From Felis catus (lineage: Eukaryota), in the NCBI RefSeq assembly GCF_018350175.1, contig NC_058368.1, forward strand, positions 31,126,001 through 31,190,000: a stretch of 64,000 bases of DNA, in the 5' to 3' direction. Below, one piece after another: positions 25,927 to 36,530 of the stretch. The notes under the pieces were generated by a model. The model was not told the DNA's origin. It did not search any database and saw only the letters and a list, made by a program, of their open reading frames with translations. Every line of letters starts with the position of its first letter. Position 1 is the first letter of the stretch. The position numbers and the translations under genes are program-made.

Positions 25927-26139
25927 AATTTTTTTTTCAACGTTTATTTATTTTGGGACAGAGAGAGACAGAGCATGAATGGGGGAGGGGCAGAGAGAGA
26001 GGGAGACACAGAATCGGAAACAGGCTCCAGGCTCTGAGCCATCAGCCCAGAGCCCGACGCGGGGCTCGAACTCCGGGACTGTGAGATCGTGACCTGGCTG
26101 AAGTCGGACGCTTAACCGACTGTGCCACCCAGGCGCCCC
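25927..26139 (-). mobile_element. Young felid SINEC_Fc
   Basis: Near-consensus with intact CpGs (GGGGCGCCTGGGTGGCACAGTCGGTTAAGCGTCCGACTTCAGCCAGGTCACGATCTC); perfect 16-bp TSD GGGAGAATACATATTA (25911-25926, 26140-26155). Confidence 0.98.
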
Positions 26140-26798
26140 GGGAGAATACATATTATATAACAAGTCTTACAGGCCACAAATATGGCATATCTACTTTTAT
26201 TCACGCCTTCTTTTAGAAATGTTTTGTAGTTCTCAGAGGGAAGATATTGCACATTTTTGTTAGATTTATTCTTAATTACCTTATGTATTCTGGTGCTATA
26301 GTAAGTGCTATTATTTTAATTTTATTTTAAAGTTGATTATATACTGAAATTAAATTAATTTTATACTAATCTTGTATCATAAATATTCTCAATTTTATTT
26401 ATTATTTCTGTGTTATTTTGCATATTCCAAACGATTTTAAATATATAACTGCAGCTTTATTTTTTCTCTTCAATCTTTATTATTTTAAAAATTGTTTATA
26501 TTGCCTTATTGCATTTGTTATAATTTTAAGTACAGTGATAAATAGAAGTGAACACCTAGCAGATATACTTTTCTTTTTTATTTAAGAGGGAATGCTCAAT
26601 GTTTTCTATTAATGGTGATGTTAGCTGTGGATGTTTAATAGGTGCCCTGTTTTTTTTTTTTTTCAGAGTGACAAAGTTACCTTAATTCTAGATACTGAGA
26701 AATTTTAAAAATTTTATGTGTTGATATTTTTCATATTTTCTCTGTGTATTTTAGTTACTGTAATACTTTAGTGTGCTATATTGCAATGATTGGTTTTA

Positions 26799-27048
26799 TT
26801 TTATTGTTTTATTTTTTTACTTGAGTACAGTTGACAAACAATGTTACATTCATTTTAGGTGTAAAACATAATGATTCAACATCTCTATAAATTATGCTGT
26901 GTTCACCACAAGTGTAGCTACCTTATGTTACCATACAAAACTATTACAGCATCACTGACTATGTCCCCTATGTTGTGCCTTTTATTCCATGACATTCATT
27001 CCTTAACTGCAAGTCTGTACTGCCCACTCTCTTTCACCCATATTGCCT
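26799..27048 (-). mobile_element. Short 5'-truncated L1 3' end
   Basis: T-rich tail followed by L1 3'UTR motifs; near-TSD AATGATTG(G/A)TTTTA at ~26786 and ~27049. Confidence 0.8.
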
Positions 27049-30000
27049 AATGATTGATTTTAAAATGTCAAACCAACCTTATGTTCCTGGATTTATCCTA
27101 CTGGGTTATGATATATTACTTTTTACACCACTATATTATATTACATTATTTACTAGATGTAAGAAATAGTATGAAACTTAACATATATAAAAGCCTGAAA
27201 AGGAAATGGTGAAATTTCAATGTAAATAGCATAAAGAAAAAATCCTTAAAAATTGTGGAAAATACTAAAGTTTTTGTTTGTTTAGCCAAGGTCTGCCCCA
27301 AATCTTCCATGTTCTAGAAGACTTGGATGAGTTATTTAAGGCACTTAAAATCAGTAAGGTGTCCATTTCCAAAAAACTAAAATTTATTTTAGTGCGTTCA
27401 AATTATGTTTGTTTTGAAATAAGTAGAATTGATACACAAACTCACATTCATTGAACATATACACGAATCAGCCTTCCCAACTTAGTTCTCCATCAAACTT
27501 TTCAAATTATGTAGGTCTCACAAGTAATTTCTAATACTATATATCTCACTTAGTTAATCTGTAAGTTCATTTTACATTTGTACTTTATTGGTCTAAAGTA
27601 TTTATAAAGAGCTGAATTTTGGTATATTTGTCCATTTTTATATAAATAAATCTATAAGTGTATAGTAGTATGTTTTACTTAATGGCTATATAAGCATAAA
27701 GATATAATTAGCACATTTATGAATGCTATGTCTGTGCTCCACTTTGGCATTGTCAATGAGATTGTGCTCTGTATTATAGAATTGTAAGCCTCTGTATTTG
27801 GAACCTTCTCTAAAACAGAAGTCAAATAGTCAAATTTTCTAAATAGCAAAGAGTATTTTAATCACTAGTGTTTGTCCTTGTGTTTTTAAAAAGGACACAT
27901 TTTTAAAATATGACACATTTCCCTCAGCTCTGAAACAGAAACCTACACATAATTTACTGTCAAGGTTATAACTATAATCCTCAAAGTTTAGCCACTGCTG
28001 TATTATGCAGAAGCTGATGTTAGTGATGTTGTATACCATCTAAAAGAGATTGTGATCACATCAGTTGCCCTTAGCAAACAATCCTGACGACAGTTTATCC
28101 TTGGATCACTTGTTGCTAATTTCATAATTGATTACTCAATGAACATAGTACTTATAAAACAACTACGGTATGTCAATTACTTGTCAGTGTATTAGGGCTG
28201 TGTAGATCTTTGTTAGTCTCTGTTCTCAAAAAGCTTGCTTTCCATTTGAGCAAAACGAAAAGCCAGTGTTGGCCAACCCTGTCTATCCAAATCCAACAAT
28301 TTTGCAAGGTATTATGCTCCTATAATCTATGAGAAAATTGGAGCTCTGAAATGGTCAATAACTTGATGTATACCAATCAGTGGTGAACGGAAAAACCAAA
28401 TTCAAACTCACTGCTGACTTTCAGAATTCCATGCTTTGTTTTCAGTCCTGCCATTCCTACAATGGCTTTGATATACAGTGAAGAGTGTCTATTTCTTCAG
28501 TCTTCTCCCATTGAGAAGATCAATTTTCTGTCTTCCTTGTGGGGATGTATGCTTATCTCTGCATCTTAACTTTCTAAGGCAGCCAGTGATACCACCTTTA
28601 TTGTCATAATTGCCAATTTCTTCAAATCCTAGATCTCCAGGGTTGTGAAAGTCCTTACATGTTGTCTAATCTAGCCCCTCCCTTTTTACAATTAATGCAC
28701 TCAAGCTTAGTGAAGCAGAGGTTTCCCAAGCAGATCACTGTTAGCAGCATCAGAAACTGAGCATTTTCTGTAGAGTCCCAGGAACATCCCCCTTCCGTCA
28801 TACCTTGCCATTCTTCCTCGGATGTATTCTCTGTGTACTTCCATTTCCTATTCCTTGTTACTGCTTAGACTTCAAATAATACGGGCTTTGATACAGTCCA
28901 TTATATTTGCCATTGGTCTATTATATTATTACACTTTTCCCTTGAGGGATATAATACAGTAAGCATATTGTTCTGATTTTTCATTTTTGTTGATGTTATT
29001 GAATGCTTCTACATAGTGATTTTGGTTAACAAGGTCTGTGTGTTGTGTATGATTAAGCTAGTTGGCACCACTAAAGTAGTTATATGAGTTAACCCTTATA
29101 AAGCTAAATGTATATAGGTCTGTGCTTCTAGGGCAATAGGCTGTTTTAGTCAGCTTTCATCTCTGCCTTGAAAATGTACTCAGTTTTTACATAATTTGGA
29201 GTCATTTTTGCTTTTTTATTATAAAACTACTTTGCTTCTGCATAAGTCTTACTATGATTGACCAAAAATAACTATTACTGATATATCAACCAGAATAGCA
29301 ACTAAAAGAGACCACTGCTTTTACATAAATTACAACAACAACAAACAAACAAAAAGAGAGGGACCCTCCTTTCACTGATAAATTTAAAAGGTAAGAAACT
29401 CCTTTTTCTAGGTTGACAAGCTCCATGCCCATCACATGGGGGCTATGACTTGGAACCTAGACACAGGCTGGATTTAAGACCCCATTCCTTCCTTGGCCAG
29501 ATGTCTCTTTACAACAAAATACTGGAGCTATATTCTCAGCCATGTGAAGTAATCAGGGAATTGCTTGGTAGTAGCCAGGGCATGTCTCTTGAGATATCAG
29601 GTTTTATGTGATATGGACCCTACCTTAGTCATTAATCAGTAAAGATGTGTGTGATTTGTATATGCATATGCATTTTCAGATTTATTGGATACTGACTCCT
29701 GATTTCATATTAAATACATTTGTCATCATCTAAGATGATTCTTTCACCGTCACTATTTTGGAAGAATGTTAGGAAAACAACAAATCTGATCTCAAACAGA
29801 TTTGTGATAATAAATAGAAAATAAATCACAGTCACAATCCCATTGTATTTTTCAGAGTATTTTCAAAGGACCTGATACTTCATGAGTAGGCAAACATTTC
29901 TAAATATTTCAGTAGGAGCAGTGGGTTATATTTATGAATTCAGTTTGGATACTATCTGCTAAAAATGCACAAGTAATTTAGTACACTTGATACAGTTTCT

Positions 30001-30379
30001 AAAAGATTATAAGTGAAGATTACATTATTCATTAACATTCATGAAGTTATATTTCATATATAAACAAACACTAAAAGGGATAGGAGCTAACATTTTACAT
30101 TCTTCCAATTCTAGAGATAGTGAACATATGAAAATATGGGACACTAATCTCTTTTGTTATGTTAATGCAAAATACTTGCATCTTTGGCATTCTTAATAGC
30201 ATTACATGTGTAGATTTTTTTTAATTGCAATCCTCTATATTAGCAAGGACTAGTCGTGTCTTATCGCCTATGCACTGTAAGTGAAACTTTATGGGCCTAT
30301 GAATTGTCCCTGTATCAGACTGCTGTAGGGCTTTTTCTGTATTTCCTAAGAAGTGATATGTTTCTAAAAACTGAACTAA

Positions 30380-30560
30380 GATTTTAAAAACCTGGGAACT
30401 CATTGAAGATCTGCTATTTACCAGTCAAGTAAACTTTGAAAATTGAAAACCTTTATGAGGCTCATATTTCCACTTACAAATTGGAGTAAGAGATATTTGC
30501 TCTGGCATCCTTTCTGTGGTTAAGTTGTTCAGAGAAAATTAATATTTGAAAGTATTTTAA
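30380..30560 (+). mobile_element. MIR, degenerate
   Basis: ACCTGGG..CTGCTATTTACCAG..AACCTTTATGAGGCTCATATTTCCACTTACAAATTGGAGTAA resembles the MIR core. Confidence 0.55.
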
Positions 30561-31154
30561 ACTTGTGAATTCCTATGCAGAAATAAAATGTAATTATTTG
30601 AAGTCTATTAGGTTGTACTTTGAAAAATGGTTTCACTTCTGCTTATTGACATCATTTATCATACATGAAATGCGGTTAGCCAAAGCACTTCAGAATACCA
30701 TCTTTTGGCCAATCCACTTTTATCAAGTTTTAGCCCAATAAATCACGCACCCACATTTTCCAGTGTGTTGATTCCAAATGTGCTATACGGTCCTCCAAGG
30801 CTAGAAACGTAGAGCATCATGCTTCCTGCTGGATGAATGAATTTATCCCCTATAATACTGAGAAGATCTGAGTACAGGTGGAAAAATGTGGTAAGCCATC
30901 CATGGCATATTTTTAAAAATAACACTTCATGTTCATTAGATTGCTCTTTTCTCCTGTTCTCCTAACACAAGCTGTTTCATACCGTACTTTCAGAGAAATG
31001 TCAGTAGACTTAGCTCTTGCGTAAACTCATTCATATACAGACAGCATTCATACCTCAAGGTTTAAAAACCACTCACTGAAGTCCAAGGGAATAAACAGCA
31101 CAACAGCATCCTTACAACCGCTTTTCCATCACTGAGATCCTGCATTTGTTTGTA

Positions 31155-33100
31155 CTATTTTTATTAGTAGGCATTATATGTACATAGTGAAAAGTTCATA
31201 TAATGCAGATGGTTAACATTGAAAGTTTCCCTTCAATGCTCTCTCTCTGTATCTCTAGTCTTTTGCATAAAACAATGACCTGTGTATCATTTCAGATCTA
31301 TCTCTGAATATATAAAAGGTATCATAAGACACACACCATCTTACAGCTTGCATTTTCTTGGCTGTCACTGATACCAATTTTTTGTAGATATTTTTAATTT
31401 TTTAATGGCCACAATAACATATTAATCCATTATATGGTTATATGAAATTTATTTAATAATCCCTTGACCTATTTAGGTTGTTTTCAATATTCTACTACCA
31501 TAAATAATATTGAGATAAATATCCTTATGTAAATGTCTTGTGCTAAAGTGTGAAAACACTTGCAGGATACAATTCTAAAAATGAAATGAGTATCAAGTGT
31601 TACATGGGACTTTTATTTGCCTACTTAAAACAAATTTCCTTGCAAACAGGTTTTCATTGTGAGCCCACGTACCCTTATGCCGTCATCAATACAGTGTATA
31701 ATCAACCTTTCATACTTGGCCATTGTGATAACTGAAAAATCCTGTCTCCTATTTTCAATTTTGAGTCAATTTTACTCTAGTGGAATGTTTATGCAGCATT
31801 TTTCATTTGCTTAAAAGTCTTCTGCATTTATTTTTATATAAAGTATATTTCCATATCTTTTGCCCATTTTTCTACTGGAATTTTCACAGATTTTCATTGA
31901 TTTCTAATTGTTTATAAAAATAATTATATGGTTTTCCTGTCAAATGGCTCAATATCTTTAGTGTGTCACTGACTTTTAATTTTGATAACACTTTCATGAA
32001 AGAATTTTAAACATTTTGTGTAGGAAGTTCTCTATTTTAAGACTTAATTTTTGTATTATATTTGAAAAGTTTCATCCACTCGCACTATGAAAAAAAAATT
32101 TCTAATTTTATTATAACATTTTTGCCATTTCTTTCATTTAATTATTTTATCCACCTAATATTTATTTTGTACCAAGGAGTGATAGATTTAAATGAATTCA
32201 AATTTATTGTTTTTTTCAAGTCGTTGTCAAGTTTGTCCAATTCCATTGATACAAGAATCAATTATTTCTTCAGGAATTAAAGATTACCGTTAGTATAAAT
32301 TAAATTTCTGTTTGGGCGTCTGTTCCTGTGTTCTCTCTGCTGCTTCACTGATCTCTCTGTATTTTTGTGTATAAGTATTTAGTTGCTTTGGTTTCTAGAA
32401 CTATATACATATTGAAGTATCTAACAAAGCTAGTTTCTACACAGTATTCTTCTTTCAAAGAATCTTCCTGGCAATCCTTGATTTTTATTCCAAATATACC
32501 CTGTAATTAACTTGCTTGGTTGCAAATAAAAATCATTTTGGTGTACTTCTATTAATGCACTAAATTTGTGATTCATTTATGGAAAACTGATATCTTTATA
32601 ATGCAGAGTCAAGGAAAGTGAATGCCTTTCAAGTATTCTTTTACGTCTCCCATTTCATGTTAGCCTATATCTTCTACTTTTCCTGTTAAGGTTTTCCAAA
32701 GAAAGTTTATCTTACTATGTTACTATTGTAAATTGCCTATTTCTGTCATTATGTTTTCTACATGGTTTTATACACACACATACACACATACATACATATA
32801 CATATTCATATATATACATATACATATATGCTTACATATATTTGTTTGACTATTACTTTTTACTTGACCAATTAAAGTTATTTTATATCTCATGATAGTT
32901 TTTCAGTTTATTTACCTGTGTTTTTAAGGTATAGTTCCATCACTTCAAATATTTTTACCTTTGATTTTCTTCTCTAGTCTAAATGTGTCAAATAATTACT
33001 CCCAAAAATGTAGTATATTTTTGATATTGAAATTCCTTTAAGTATTTTTTCCTTTATAGGGAAAATTTCTAATTCTCCATTAAAAATGATACTGGCTTTT
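31155..33100 (-). mobile_element. Ancient L1ME-like 3' portion
   Basis: Long T-rich stretch with degenerate L1 3'UTR/ORF2 motifs (TATTTAGGTTGTTTTCAATATT, ATATCTTTTGCCCATTTTTCTACTGG, AAAACTGATATCTTTATAAT). Confidence 0.7.
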
Positions 33101-33234
33101 GTTCTGTCTATATATCTAGTTATACCTATAACAACATATACATACAAACGATGCAGGTTTTGTAAATGTGTAAATATATGTAAAACTGTGCTTTTTTCCT
33201 TACACCATGTGCCTTTCACAACACTTGTTATCCT

Positions 33235-33440
33235 TTTTTTTAAATCTTTTTTAATGTTTGTTTATTTTTGAGACATAGATCATGAGTGGGTAAGGGACAG
33301 AGAGAGAGGGAGACACAGAATCTGAAACTGGCTCCAGGCTGTCAGCACAGAGCCCACTGTGGGGCTCGAACTCACAAACCGTGAGATCGTGACCTGAGCC
33401 AAAGCCAGACGCTTAACCGACTGAGCCACCCAGGTGCCCC
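33235..33440 (-). mobile_element. CAN-SINE
   Basis: Ends CTGAGCCACCCAGGTGCCCC; ACTTGTTA on both flanks. Confidence 0.95.
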
Positions 33441-34309
33441 ACTTACTTGTTACTTGTAAAGCATGAAGGCAGGCAGAATCTTCTGGGGCTCAGTGAAGTC
33501 TTATTTAGAGTTTGTTATCTAATTATAAAAAAATTTAAATTCACAGGCTCTTTCCTCTAGTTTGTATGAAGTTCCTCAGGGCAGAGTCATTGTGACATCG
33601 TGGTGAAAAACAGAAAGGGTTTTTCTTAAGGAGGGACGTCAGATGATGGGAGGTGAATGTGAGGATTTTTCTGTCTAAAACAAAAGAACATGTCTCCTCA
33701 TTGACGAGGCAGAGTGAAAGAATTGTAGCCCACGTCTGTTACTCACTGTGTGACATTCAATACGTTGCTTAACCTTTTTCCCCCCCTCATTTAAAATATA
33801 TGAAAGTTAGAGTAGATAATGCCAACATATTTTTTCATATTTAACATTATTCAAATTCTGTCACTTAACACAAACTAGAAGGTGACTACATGGCAAGCTA
33901 GATTATGGGATGAGATTATAGTCTCCATTTTTGCATCTTTATCCCCTACAGGTTTAAAATTTAGAGAAATAATATACTTCAAAGCTTCTATTTCTGCTTA
34001 TTTGATCCTCATTTTCACTTGTATGAAAAATGGGAAATGCATTCAGAATATATTTCTGTTTAATTTTGTATGCTGCCAAGCTTTTTTTCTAATTTTGTTA
34101 AGAAGTTTAAATTCCTATAAGGTTAAGCTCTACTAACATGCAGATTTCTTGGAAGCTAAAACAAAGGATTGGAAAAACAGGTGTTTGTTTGACATGGAGA
34201 AGGTATGTCCTAATACTTCTAGTTTTTCTTGGAGAGCAAATCTCAAGGTTGTCATGGTTTAACATAATGTCATTCATATTGCCAGGAGATCTTTTTCTTC
34301 TGCTAAGCA

Positions 34310-34920
34310 GGTGAATTCGCCATTACCCTTGCCAAGTCATTTTAGTGTGCAGAATTTGGAATACCAGAATATCTGTATATGGCGCTTCGTGCAGGGCACA
34401 TGCTGGTCACCAGTCAGGCTCGAGCTCTAAAGAGTGGCAGCAGTGAAACGTGGGCTTGCCACACAACTCTCCGTCGAGTTTCTTGAAACTTGATTCAGTG
34501 TCACCCAAGAGCCTATGAAACATGAGCAGTAAGGAGGGATCACTAATAACAAAGCCCTGGCCAGTAGCCAATCTTTCTGCAGTGGCGCTCTGCTCACATT
34601 AATGTAGAGCCACTGGGCTGGATACAAGTGGAGGATGGATGGCAGCAGGGTGCTGAAACAGCTGCTAGGTGATAAGCTGAAGTGGGCCAATGCACGTGGG
34701 CAGGAAGGACGAGTGCAGATATTAGGACTTTTGCTAAAGGGCTGCTAACACCACGCTGCAGCATCATGGCGCTGTTCAGGCGTAGACCGACACTAAACAG
34801 TAGCATCAGAGAATCCATCTCGGCCTATAACTTTCAGAAAAGAAGCAATTTTTTTTTCTCCAAATAATAGCAGGACACCAAAGAAACAGAGGCATCGTTC
34901 CTAGTGCCGGACTGACTCTA
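34310..34920. promoter_or_regulatory. Candidate cis-regulatory island (non-repeat, raised GC/CpG, CCAAT next to CACGTG)
   Basis: GC and CpG content clearly above the flanks; GGCCAATGCACGTGGG at ~34685-34700; CAGCTG and GATAAG nearby; function is inference only. Confidence 0.35.
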
Positions 34921-35279
34921 ATTTTGACATGCACTCCCTTAAACAGTAAACAGATATCTAAACGTTTTGATTTTTCTTCTACAAAATCAGCAGGTTACAC
35001 ATTTTCAGCCTTCAGAATATGTTCTTTTAGCTTCCTTTTCAAATCCTGTAAATCAGCATGAGAAGAAAAAGAATGGCATGAGCTAGAGCAGGGTAATAAA
35101 AAACAAAAGAACAATTAAGAAGTTAAAAAAAAAAAAAAAGCCTGCAGTACTTTTCTAACAATTAAGTCCTCTCCTGGCGGGCTTTGTGTATTTTTGGAGA
35201 TTAAATTAGTCTTAAATTGGTGCTAAGGCTTCAAGTTGTCTGACAGGAAAAGCGTTATGTTCGTAGAAAAATATACTGA

Positions 35280-35332
35280 TGAGCACTGGGCGTTGTATGG
35301 AAACCAATTTAATAAATTTTATATATTCAAAA

Positions 35333-35412
<80 letters not shown>

Positions 35413-35413
35413 A
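35280..35413 (+). mobile_element. Extremely 5'-truncated felid L1 (~50 nt of 3' end) with (GAAA)20 tail
   Basis: GATGAGCACTGGGCGTTGTATGGAAACCAATTT..AATAAA is the L1 3' terminus (compare 46643-46665); TSD AAAAATATACTGA at 35267-35279 and 35414-35426. Confidence 0.88.
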
Positions 35414-35956
35414 AAAAATATACTGAAAAATGTTTATTGTTTAGAGGAAGTATGTTGTATCTAAATGCCTATTTATGTGGATACAGTTATCACCAAATAG
35501 AATGGATCATGATTTACTGGCTGATTGGCCCAGGCCCATTCCTTGACTCCAAGTTTGAAGTTGACTATATGGTTGTGTCACATATTAACGTACAGTTTAC
35601 ATATATGACTGGATTTGACTCAGTCTGTGTATTTGGGTATTGTCTTTAAAAATCAAACTTTTTCAGACATCTCCCAGACCCTGCAACCAACAGCCACCAT
35701 CCAGATTTTTTTGTTGCACATCTGCCATATATGTGACACAGTACAAAGGACTGAGTGTCCAACAATGAATAAGAAATATGTAATTCCTATACTCCCGAAA
35801 CTTGTATATTTGTTGCTTAACGCTTTATTTGGTATTGTTTAGGGATACAATGTTATACAATACATAACACCTCTTTATAAAAAACCAATAGTTTCAGTGA
35901 AGTATCAACCGTACAAAAAGAATATATGAGATCATAGGTAATCATTATGAGTTCTT

Positions 35957-36171
35957 CAGAGCATACACGCTTTTTGAATAAAGGGCCAGAGAATACTTTA
36001 TGCTTTGTGGGCCAAAAGTTCTCTGTTGCAACTACTCAACTCTGTCTTACAGCACAAAAGTGCCATAGACAATGAGCATAGTAATGGGTATGATTTTATG
36101 CCAATAAAACTTTATTCACAAAAAGAGATCATGGGCTAGATTTGGCCCATTGGTTGTAGTTGCTCAATTCT
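35957..36171 (+). mobile_element. MER58-like hAT-Charlie MITE
   Basis: TAAAGGGCCAGA..CTTTGTGGGCCA..TCTCTGTTGCAACTACTCAACTCTG..GCCATAGACAAT..CCAATAAAACTTTATT..GATTTGGCCC. Confidence 0.88.
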
Positions 36172-36530
36172 TACCTCAGAAAAGAATTTGTATAGGAGTA
36201 GGGTAAGACGGGCAATTACTACAGAAGATCAGACAGAAGGTACACTGGATGTTAAATTCTGGAGAAAAAGTGGCTTATACTCATTTAATAGTATTACAGC
36301 AAAACATTTAGAATATACTCTATATCTTCTTATTGATGGCACATGAATTCATTTATCTGGAACCAAACTCTGTTATCCACATCAAGTTTAATTCTATCTC
36401 ATCTCACCCAGCTCTTTCTGTATGAAACTGTATCTTTTGGTTTTGAACTTGGTGCCTAGAAAAGACTCCCTGGGTCGCTAAACATTTAATGGACAATCAC
36501 AAATTGACTGCATTAAGACTCAGGCCTTAG

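Larger units (their letters stand above)
18160..27130 (-). mobile_element. Ancient L1M ORF2 fragment split by younger insertions (pieces ~18160-18298 and ~25790-27130)
   Basis: Degenerate L1 ORF2 3' sequence stops at ..ATCCAACTCTGTC (18295) and resumes colinearly at TCTGTCTTTGTTTTTAAATG (25789). Confidence 0.7.

Noticed and set aside
27945..28050. Possible minus-strand exon (TCTCTTTTAG|ATGGTATAC...TTATGT|GTAGGT; MVYNITNISF...)
   Set aside because: Peptide not recognised, no partner exons, and splice-like motifs are common by chance; needs RNA-seq
30764..30896. Possible plus-strand exon (TTTTCCAG|...AATGTG|GTAAGC)
   Set aside because: Stop codons in all three frames; at most a non-coding exon, which sequence alone cannot support
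34376..34404. Weak resemblance to reverse-complement U6 snRNA (ATATGG.CGCTTC..GCAGGG..CATGCT)
   Set aside because: Needs a ~20-nt gap, the rest of U6 is absent, and there is no tail or TSD; likely chance
35236..35649. 137-aa ORF with KKER repeats
   Set aside because: Produced by the (GAAA)20 tail of a truncated L1
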